Source of the DNA: Macrostomum lignano
Taxonomy: Eukaryota
Direction: 5' to 3'
Assembly: GCA_002269645.1 (NCBI GenBank)
Contig: NIVC01001533.1
Coordinates: 124,001 to 188,000, forward strand
Length of the DNA stretch: 64,000 bases
This document shows positions 25,182 through 36,100 of the stretch, one piece after another (position 1 is the first letter of the stretch; every line of letters starts with the position of its first letter). The notes below the pieces were generated by a model that was given only the letters and a program-made list of their open reading frames with translations, ran no database searches and was not told the DNA's origin. The position numbers were made by a program, and so were the translations under genes.

Positions 25182-27517
25182 CTTCATGCAGTTCCTACAA
25201 AAGAAGTGAGTGTATTAAGAAAGGAGTGTTCTAAATAAATATAAGAGAAGCCATTTTCCGAGTTATTCATTTGTAGAAATAAGAGTGAAGTAGACCAAAG
25301 CATATACAGTATACATTACTAAGAAGTGGAAGTAGTAAGAAGATACAAAGTAGATCCGAAATCGATACATAACTGGAAGCTGTGACCCTCTGATCTCGGT
25401 AACGCCCAAGGACTTGCAAAGTACATGAAATACATATACCAGTAAGCCAAAATACCACTCAGGCCAAATTATTAGGTAGAACACTACCAGAATAACAGAA
25501 TGCTACCAGAATAACAGAGGAGTAAAATCTTTCAGGGCTAACAGTTTTCTAAGAATAATACTCAGACTAAATACTCAGACTAATATGCAGACTAAATACT
25601 CAGACCTATTCTAAGAAACATTTCTCAGATTGTTCTAAGATTGATAAACTCATAATTTATTAATAGAATAATCTTGGTGGCAGCTACCAAAAATTAGGAC
25701 ATTTACAAAGATAGAAGTTTAGCCCTGTAACAACTTTGGTACCAACTGATGGGATCTCATATTGTATAGGAAGCAAACCACTGTTACAACTTTGGTGGCA
25801 TTTAGTGGGATTAAAATTGATAAAGTGGGAGATAAAAGCCCTGTAACATATTTATTATAAAGCAATATTATGCTATGAAAAAAACATTTTTTTATATTTA
25901 ATAAAGCATTAATGTTAAATAAAATTATGTAAATTTGAAGTAATTTAAAGTACTAAGATACTGCCATAAAATTCTTGTTGCCAGGTAAAAATTATAAGTA
26001 TAAATGCATTGATTAAATTCTCAGTAAATTTTGAAACTAAAAGTATCTCATGTCAAAGTTTACATTGTATATTGCTAGTTTATTAAATTTGGCATAGACA
26101 ATTTAGTTCAATGCAATGTGTATAATTTTCTATTAAGGCAACTAAATTTATAATATATTAGCAAATATAATCAAAATTTAAATTGATTTGGCTCTTAGTT
26201 TTAGTTAATATTGATTTATCATTTAGTATGAGCTAAATTTATAATAATTTTAAATATGATAAAAATCATGCCATCAGTGATAAAACCACATATATCCATT
26301 TTTAATCTAATTGAGCACATAGTTAGGCTATAATAAATATTAACTGTTATTTAGACTGGAAACATAAATATAACTTAAATGAAGAGGGAGAGGAATAAAC
26401 TTTCCAAGAAATTAATCGAACGTGCCTGTGTGAAAGTAAAAGTTCGCCGAACAAACTTATAAGAGCGTAGTGAATATTTCTAATCTAATCTAGGCTTCTG
26501 ACCTAAGATTCCTAAGAAGTGTCCTTAGTTAGTTGATCAGGCTACATAGCCTAGCTGGAGCATATAAAAGTAAAAAAAATTCAATGTTTTTCAGTTGTAT
26601 TAGTGGCTGGTTGTATACGCTACTTGAAGTGTACACGCTACTTGAGTCTTGAAACAATTAGACTAATAAACTACTATATCACTTATTAAAATCGCGGAAA
26701 ATCTGCAAGTTAAAAATTCGCTGATGCAATCAATATAACTAAAATTCGATGCTTACCATGATCGGCGGACACTGGAAGTGGAAACACATTATTAGACTTG
26801 ATAAATGGCTAATATATATAAACTGGTACTGTAAATCACCAAGATTCATTAAAGATTGAAAATGGAAGTAGACCTTTGAATATAGTTACCGTGTCGGATC
26901 CAGCGGCCGTCCGGAGAGGGGATCAGGGACAAGGACCACTATATAATACAGTGGTGCTTGATCACGGACCCACCACTTTACCATCTGAAGCGCTGTGTTA
27001 CGCACTCTTGCAATGCAAGTCATGAAGGACCACCAATAGTATGACAATATACTGTGTGCTCTGTGTGTGGCCCTTGGTGCCAAGTGCACCGTCCTCCAGG
27101 CTTTTCTGAGTCACCCGTTCTGCGTCTTAAGATTGTACCCCGTTTACGTGTACAATTGTTTACATGTACATGTGAATAACCTAATTAAGGATCACTGTAC
27201 ATGTATAACTGTTATATTACAATGGTCCTTGGAATCACCCCCCTGCATGCATGTATGCGTATTTTGAGTACTGTATCCTTTAAAACATTACACAATGTCT
27301 AGTCCACAGAATTATACTTTAATTTGTGTATGGTCTAGGCTGGGACTTCGGGGATACAATCAGAATCGATCAGTAGTACAGCAGGTATTTAAAGATCTTT
27401 CTTTAATTATCAAATGCTCAATAAAATTGTGCAGCATTTTACCTGCATACTATACAATGCCCGTTTGCATAATAAACAACTTAGAAATACGTCAGTATAT
27501 GTAGCTGCGCGGCGCAT
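25182..27517 (-). CDS. Putative upstream microexons of the 24187 gene: 27491-27517 (from ATG), 27115-27125, 26982-26992, 26890-26938, 26757-26771, 25182-25194
   Basis: Each is bounded by splice-like signals, for example TTCCACTTCCAG|15 nt|GTAAGC and CTTCTTTTGTAG|13 nt|GCAAGT (GC donor). Together they keep one open frame into the terminal exon (160 aa in total). The two 11-nt exons and the start codon are the weakest parts. Confidence 0.4.
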
Positions 27518-28760
27518 CTGAAGGCTGCGTACGGCTGTGATTAAATAATTATCTTGTTTTTTTAAAACAGGTAAAAATGAAAAAGACAGAAGGCATCGCA
27601 GAGCATATCTGCGAAACAGTTGCATAACATGTTAAAGAGGAAAGGTGTCTGTGTAAAAGCTGGCACTAAGACAACACTTAGAGAGATAAATATAGTCAAA
27701 CATAAAGCTTTATATTTGACAGGTTATCTATTATATCTACAAAAGAAAGGGGAGCCGGATTTAAAATTTGTGCTAGGAATGATGCAACAGAAGCGCAAAG
27801 AAAAATATTTATAATTAGAACGACTCAATTTTTTCAAACATTAATAGCTCGACCCACGAGTCCACGACAGCAAGTCTAGACTACAGAAATCGTACTAGAA
27901 TATACTAGATAGGCCACTCAGGCATATATACTTAGTAAATCAGCCTTCTACTTTCAGTTCAGTAGCAAAGAAGAATACATAAGCTATTTTATAAAAATAA
28001 AGGCAGCTGAAATGACTTTGATAAGTTCACAAGCCCAAGCTTGCAGGCGTAAACAACTTGCTAATTGGTTCAGCAGTAATGTACATTGGCCAGTCCACTG
28101 AAATGTACAAGGCAGCTTTAGGCTGGAACAACCGAGGAAGGCAATAAAATTTGGGTGGCAGGGCAGGGATTGAGGTTCTGTGTGGAGTTTGAGGGGGGAA
28201 GAGCCAATAAATGAGCCTTGGCTTTAAAAATACATTAAAATGCTTCTGTTCAACTTACTACTGAACTGAAAGTAGCTTACACGCAAATGTGCCTGAGTGG
28301 CCCATCTAGTTATTCCAGTATCTGTGGCCCAGACCAAACAAACAATGTGTAAGTAATTTAACTTGAATCGAGGAAAATTTAGAGCAAATCGTTTAGCGTT
28401 AACACATTTTTTAATAAACACGCGAATGGGAAAAATTCAGAGAACAGAAATTTGCAATCGCTGTTGTGCAATAGAATAGGCCAAAAGCATGGCCAATAAT
28501 AATAATAGTAGATCATCTTGGGCTTAATAGATCTTCATAGAAGCATTGGGGTGCGGCAGCGATAGGAAAGGGCATTGATAAATAAATAAACAAATAGTAA
28601 ACATGGATATTATGCATCAGTTAGAAGCGCATGCGATTGTGCTCAGTCTAAATGGTAGTCATTCATCTTTGCAACACAAAATCCAGGGGCTTAGAGAAAT
28701 TTAATGAGCTTAGATCAGTTTATTGAACAGATAATATTGCAGCTTTCCATATTTAGATCT

Positions 28761-28912
28761 GATTGATGACAAGACCGAATGTTGCTGAATCGAACAGTGC
28801 AAGTCTCATGAAAATCGGTCCAGCCATTTTTTCTCTAATCGATTGCGTACAAACAAACAAGCAACTCATTTTTAGTATATAGGATTGATGACAAGACCGA
28901 ATGTTGCTGAAT
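28761..28912. repeat. 30-bp direct repeat flanking a 92-bp insert
   Basis: GATTGATGACAAGACCGAATGTTGCTGAAT at 28761-28790 and 28883-28912. Confidence 0.85.
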
Positions 28913-29394
28913 AGCCTACTAATAATAAGTAGTAATAAAGAATATAAAATGTAAAATGTTGGATTTTTATTGCACATTCAAAATTACTGCTGACTGGTAG
29001 TTCGATGCAAGGTGCGAACGCAAGAGTGAAAACTGAACTTTGCTTCGATTATAAAAAGCAACATTTGTATACGACTAGTATGCTCAAGTAGCAGCCCAAT
29101 AAAACTAAGCATATTATCGATTACCTAGCTATGAAAATAAACTATAATTGATAAAACAGATTGCGAGAGAAATAAAAAAAGGTTAACACTGAGAGACAGA
29201 CGCTTGGATTAGCATTGCGACAATAATGTAAACAACAGCTAATTTATAATATCTACGAATAATAATATGATATAAAGAGGAACTTTAATTATCCCAATTA
29301 GCGCACTATCACAGTCACGACAACTTCTATTCTCAATGATTGCTAATCCGAAGCTAACACAACTAGCTAGCCACAAAATTGAATTCGTACTAAC

Positions 29395-30030
29395 GCACGG
29401 AATCGAACCCAGGACACTTCATCACCAGACTCAAAACACCCGACTTTCTCAGCCTCAGCCACTGCCTTGGGGGGAGTAGCCGCACACGGAATCGAACCCA
29501 GGACACTTCATCACCAGACTCAAAACACCCGACTTTCTCAGCCTCAGCCACTGCCTTGGGGGGAGTTACCCCGGGAGTAGCCGCGCACGGAATCGAACCC
29601 AGGACACTACATCACCAGACTCAAAACACCCGACTTTCTCAGCCTCAGCCACTGCCTTGGGGGGAGTAGCCGCGCACGGAATCGAACCCAGGACACTTCA
29701 TCACCAGACTCAAAACACCCGACTCAGCCACTGCCTTGGGGGGAGTAGCCGCGCACGGAATCGAACCCAGGACACTTCATCACCAGACTCAAAACACCCG
29801 ACTCAGCCACTGCCTTGGGGGGAGTAGCCGCGCACGGAATCGAACCCAGGACACTTCATCACCAGACTCAAAACACCCGACTCAGCCACTGCCTTGGGGG
29901 GAGTAGCCGCGCACGGAATCGAACCCAGGACACTTCATCACCAGACTCAAAACACCCGACTCAGCCACTGCCTTGGGGGGAGTAGCCGCGCACGGAATCT
30001 AACCCAGGACACTTCATCACCAGACTCAAA
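29395..30030 (-). repeat. Tandem array of 8 tRNA-derived (SINE-head-like) units of 79-88 bp
   Basis: Each unit on the minus strand has an A-box-like TGGCTGAG(T/G)C(G/T)G and a B-box GGTTCGATTCC (degenerate in the last, partial copy). Confidence 0.75.
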
Positions 30031-30175
30031 GCACCTAGCCTCAGTAGAATAGAATTTAAAAGCATACTTGGCGCCAATTTGAATTCTCCTGTCAAACAGC
30101 GCACAAAGCAAGACCAATCAGTAGTATTGTCATAGCAGGTTCGCGCGGACAACCTTCCCCCAGAGCCCGACAATA

Positions 30176-33100
30176 TTAGGCGGCAGAGCTCGGACCGCCA
30201 GCAGCGGCGCCGCCAGTCGCCTGTTCAAGAGCGCCCTCCTGGCAGCAGCGCTTCAGATCGGCCAGGAAGCCCTCGGGAGTGAGGATGTGCGTCCCGCCGA
30301 CAATCACCTCCCAGTTGCGCTGCTTAGCGGCCTGGCTAACCTCGTAGGCGCAGCGCATCTCGCTGTAGGTGAAGCCGCCGGCGAAGAATACAATTAGGCG
30401 AGGCCCGGCCGCCTTCTGCTGCGGCCCCTTCTGCTGCTGGTGCCACTGGCCATAGCGGGAGGGCACCGCGCCGCCCGGGCGGGGCCGCTGAGGCACGCTG
30501 CCCAGGAATGGGAACATCTTCTGGTCCAGGCGGTCCTCGATGGCGTCCTCCATCACGTCCTTGATGAATGGAGTCCAGCGGCTAAGTTGGTATTGGGTGG
30601 CGTTCTCGCGCTCACGGCGGTGGCTCGGCAGGTAGGGCTGCGCGGCCTGCGGGGGGAGAGTGGGAGTTCTTTTACAGACTTGAGTCGTGTGCATGCATAA
30701 GGCAGGGGATGGGGGTCAGGTGTGTGTACAAAGGATGGGATGGTCATGACATGTGTGTGTACAAAAGATGGGATGGTCATGGCAGTTGTGTGTACAAAGG
30801 ATGGGATGGTCATGACATGTGTGTGTACAAAGGATGGGATGGTCATGGCAGGTGTGTGTACAAAGGATAAGATGGTCATGGCAGGTGTGTAGATAGGATG
30901 GGGGATGGTCATGGCAGGTGTGTACATAGGATGGGATGGGGTCATGGCAGGTGTGTACATAGGATGGGATGGGGTCATGGCAGGTGTGTACATAGGATGG
31001 GGGATGGTCATGGCAGGTGTGTACATAGGATGGGGGATGTTGATGGCAGGTGTGTACATAGGATGGGGGATGTTGATGGCAGGTGTGTACATAGGATGGG
31101 GGGTGGTCATTGCAGGTGTGTACATAGGATGGGATAAGGGTCATGGCAGTTGTGTACATAGGATGGGATAAGGGTCATGGCAGTTGTGTACATAGGATGG
31201 GGGATGGTCATTGCAGGTGTGTACATAGGATGGGGGATGGTCATGGCAGGTGTGTACATAGGATGGGATGGGGTCATTGCAGGTGTGTACATAGGATGGG
31301 ATAAGGGTCATGGCAGTTGTGTACATAGGATGGGATAAGGGTCATGGCAGTTGTGTACATAGGATGGGGGATGGTCATTGCAGGTGTGTACATAGGATGG
31401 GGGATGGTCATGGCAGGTGTGTACATAGGATAAGGGATCATGGAAGGTCAAACACCTTACACCACCCTGAAAAAGCACACAAAGGTTTCAGTCACCCAGC
31501 TAGTTAAAGAAAAAATGATTCAGTCGTTCACCTTGCGTCGCCCGCCGTCCATCAGTCCGCCGACGCCGCCTTTGCCGTCCTGAATAACCGGCACGCCGAG
31601 ATTGGCGGCATTCAGCAGTATGGGCTTCTCCTGCTCGGGAATCTGGCCATGCTGCAGCAGCTTGGCCAGGTTCTCCTCGGACACGCCGGTTTTGTGAATC
31701 ACGTACAGCAGAATGATGCGCAGCTTGTCGTAGGCGGTCACCGAGGCGTCCAGCAGGATGGGCACGATGGCGCGCATGTGGTCGCGAACTTTCTCGCCGT
31801 CGGCGTCGCAGCCCATGGCGAGGTCCTGCTCCACCTGGCGGAGGCGGGCAACAGTTGCGTTTAACGAGGGTTCAGAGATGCACAAGGACCATTGGAATTT
31901 TCTAGTAGTCCTTGAGAGTGCGTCAGGCGGATCAGGTCGTGAATAAGGGAGGATTAGGGTGTGAATAAGGGCGGATTGGAGACAGCAGGGGTGGATTTGG
32001 ATCAGTAGGAGCGGATTTGGATCAGTAGAGGAGGATTTGGATCAGTAGGGGCGGATTTGGATCAATAGGGGCGGATTGGGGCTAGCAGGGGTGGATTGGG
32101 GCTAGCAGGGGCGGATTAGGGCTAGCAGGGGCGGATTAGGGCTAGCAGGGGCGGATTAGGGCTAGCAGGGGCACATTGGGGACAGCAGGGGCGGATTGGG
32201 ACTAGCAGGGGCGGATTAGGGCTAGCAGGGGCGGATTAGGGCTAGCAGGGGCACATTGGGGACAGCAGGGGCGGATTAGGGCTAGCAGGGGCGGATTAGG
32301 GCTAGCAGGGGCGGATTAGGGCTAGCAGGGGCGGATTAGGGCTAGCAGGGGCACATTGGGGACAGCAGGGGCGGATTGGGACTAGCAGGGGCGGATTAGG
32401 GCTAGCAGGGGCGGATTAGGGCTAGCAGGGGCGGATTAGGGCTAGCAGGGGCACATTGGGGATAGCAGGGGTGGATGGGATGGGAGTCAAAGACAGACTC
32501 AGTGTTGCAATGATGCAATAATGCAACAAGCGTGTCATGCACAGCGGGTTTCCCTTCACCTTGCAGAGCTTGTCCACCCGGCCAGTGTAGGCTCGCATGC
32601 AGTCCTCAGCCAGATGGAAATGCGTACTGTAAGCGCTGAGCTCCTTCTGATACTGGGGCATCTTTTTCATCATCTGGGCCAGATCGCGAACCCCCGTGCC
32701 GCCGGCGCCCATCCGTTTTGAGTCGGAGAACTGCTTGAGCTTGGCGGTGACATTCTGGCCAACAACGGCAATGTGCAGGTGGCGCAGCTCCACCCAGAGA
32801 TCGTCGCGCTCGTCTAGCACAACCTCGCGCTCGCGCTCGTCTCCGGCTGTGGTGCTCACGTACTTGTAGACGTCGTTCTCGATTGGGATCAGATCGTAGG
32901 CCATGGCCTGCGCACGTGTTTTCGGGGATGGCCACTTTTGGATTCGCAATGCCACTTTTGGAATTACGATGCCATTTTTGGAATTACGATGCCATTTTTG
33001 GATTCGCGATGCCACTTTTGGATTCGCAATGCAACTTTTGGAATTACGATGCCATTTTTGGAATTACGATGCCATTTTTGGATTCGCAATGCCATTTTTG

Positions 33101-36100
33101 GATTCGCAATGCCATTTTTGGATTCGCAATGCAACTTTTGGATTCGCAATGCAACTTTTGGAATTACGATGCCATTTTTGGAATTACGATGCCATTTTTG
33201 GAATTACGATGCCATTTTTGGATTCGCAATGCAACTTTTGGAATTACGATGCCATTTTTGGAATTACGATGCCATTTTTGGAATTACGATGCCATTTTTG
33301 GAATTACGATGCCATTTTTGGATTCGCAATGCAACTTTTGGAATTACGATGCCATTTTTGGAATTACGATGCCATTTTTGGATTCGCAATGCAACTTTTG
33401 GAATTACGATGCCATTTTTGGAATTACGATGCCATTTTTGGAATTACGATGCCATTTTTGGAATTACGATGCCATTTTTGGAATTACGATGCCATTTTTG
33501 GATTCGCAATGCAACTTTTGGAATTACGATGCCATTTTTGGAATTACGATGCCATTTTTGGATTCGCAATGCAACTTTTGGAATTACGATGCCATTTTTG
33601 GATTCGCAATGCAACTTTTGGAATTACGATGCCATTTTTGGATTCGCAATGCAACTTTTGGAATTACGATGCCATATTTGGAATTACGATGCCATTTTTG
33701 GAATTACGATGCTATTTTTGGAATTACGATGCCATTTTTGGAATTACGATGCCATTTTTGGAATTACGATGCCATTTTTGGAATTACGATGTAATTTTTG
33801 GAATTACGATGCCATTTTTGGAATTACGATGCCATTTTTGGATTCGCAATGCAACTTTTGGAATTACGATGCCATTTTTGGAATTACGATGCCATTTTTG
33901 GAATTACGATGCCATTTTTGGATTCGCAATGCAAATTTTGGAATTACGATGCCATTTTTGGAATTACGATGCCATTTTTGGATTCGCGATGCCACTTTTG
34001 GAATTACGATGCCATTTTTGGATTCGCAATGCCATTTTTGGATTCGCAATGCCATTTTTGGATTCGCAATGCAACTTTTGGAATTACGATGCCATTTTTG
34101 GAATTACGATGCCATTTTTGGATTCGCGATGCCACATTTGGAATTACGATGCCATTTTTGGATTCGCAATGCCATTTTTGGATTCGCAATGCCATTTTTG
34201 AATTCGCAATGCCACTTTTAGAAATTACGATGCCATTTTTCGATTGCACAATATAACTTGGAATTAAAAAATCCTTTTCTAAATTGTAAAACTATGCTTT
34301 TAATGTCGAACCATGTTTACAATTGCAGCAAAGCTTCAAAAATGGCGATACGCTCGCAATAAAGTTATAAAATCTACAAGTAAATGTTATAAGCTGGAAA
34401 GCCGTCACTTCCATATTACTCTCTCGGTGGTAATAATTTCGAAATGGGATATATAGCATGCTGCTATTAGACAGAAGCATTAATTCCCTATCAGAGAAGG
34501 AAACGAGCTAATCGTACTTATAGACTAAACTATACATGCCTATAGTGAGGGAGGGCAGAGAGAGGTGGGAACCCGGTAGCTAATTAGTGATTAATGCATG
34601 CATAAGAGAGAGGAAGAACAGATCTGCACTGGGTCTCTGGCCAGGGACTCTAACTAAGCAACACAAAACTTCCAGTGCACAAGCTGCGCGTATGGGGAAA
34701 TTGTTAAAGAACAATGGAAATGTTTTTAAATTTGTTTTGCATAGCAAAACTCGGGAGTCTGGAAATCGCGCGAACTGGAAATCACGTGACCTGAAATCAA
34801 GCAACTGGAAATCACGTGACCTGAAATCGCGCGAACTGGAAATCACGTGACCTGAAATCAAGCAACTGGAAATCATGTGACCTGAAATCAAGCAACTGGA
34901 AATCACGTGACCTGAAATCAAGCAACTGGAAATCACGTGACCTGAAATCAAGCAACTGGAAATCACGTGACCTGAAATCAAGCAACTGGAAATCACGTGA
35001 CCTGAAATCAAGCAACTGGAAATCACGTGACCTGAAATCAAGCAACTGGAAATCACGTGACCTGAAATCAAGCAACTGGAAATCACGTGACCTGAAATCA
35101 AGCAACTGGAAATCACGTGACCTGAAATCAAGCAACTGGAAATCACGTGACCTGAAATCAAGCAACTGGAAATCACGTGACCTGAAATCAAGCAACTGGA
35201 AATCACGTGACCTGAAATCAAGCAACTGGAAATCACGTGACCTGAAATCAAGCAACTGGAAATCACGTGACCTGAAATCAAGCAACTGGAAATCACGTGA
35301 CCTGAAATCAAGCAACTGGAAATCACGTGACCTGAAATCAAGCAACTGAAAATCACGTGACACGAAATCAAGCAACTGGAAATCACGTGACACGAAATCA
35401 AGCAACTGGAAATCACGTGACCTGAAATCAAGCAACTGGAAATCACGTGACCTGAAATCAAGCAACTGGAAATCACGTGACCTGAAATCAAGCAACTGGA
35501 AATCACGTGACACGAAATCAAGCAACTGGAAATCAAGTGACCGGAAATCACGTGACCTGAAGTCAAGGGACTGGAAATCGTGAATGTAAATCACGTGATC
35601 GGAAAACGTGCGAACTGGAAATCAAGTGACTGGAAATCACCTGACCTGTAATCAAGCAACCGGAAATCAAGTAACTGTAAATCACACAATCGGTAATCGC
35701 GCGCGAACTGGAAATCACGTGACCGGAAATTAAGCTGCTGAAAACTGATTTACTGGATATCAACTGACTGGCGATTAAGCGATTGGACTACGGAACATAA
35801 AGATTAACATAGAAATAAATGCTTATTATAGTGAATATAATAGCCTATTAGTACTCGTAGATCTTCTACCTTCTACAAAGAAGTTCATTGAATAATTATC
35901 CCTTACCCAGGGCAGAATTACTCTCAGTACTATATACTGACAGCCATAGCTTATTCTGTATACTGTAAGCAAACGCATTTCGCATTTATAACAAGTCTAT
36001 TTTGTCTATTTGGGTTAGTAGAAAAATTAAAGGCTAACACAACGACTTTTGAACGACTTTTCGCGACCTTTCGCAGCAAGGAATGTCTATGGCTAAACCT

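Noticed and set aside
29395-30030. Functional tRNA gene cluster
   Set aside because: I could not fold a convincing acceptor stem or anticodon arm, and the units abut without terminators. Treated as tRNA-derived.
30553-31326. MYTPAMT and HPPSYVHTC repeat ORFs (His/Cys-rich metal-binding look)
   Set aside because: A 33-bp satellite within Munc18 intron 4; the flanking exons splice in frame without it.
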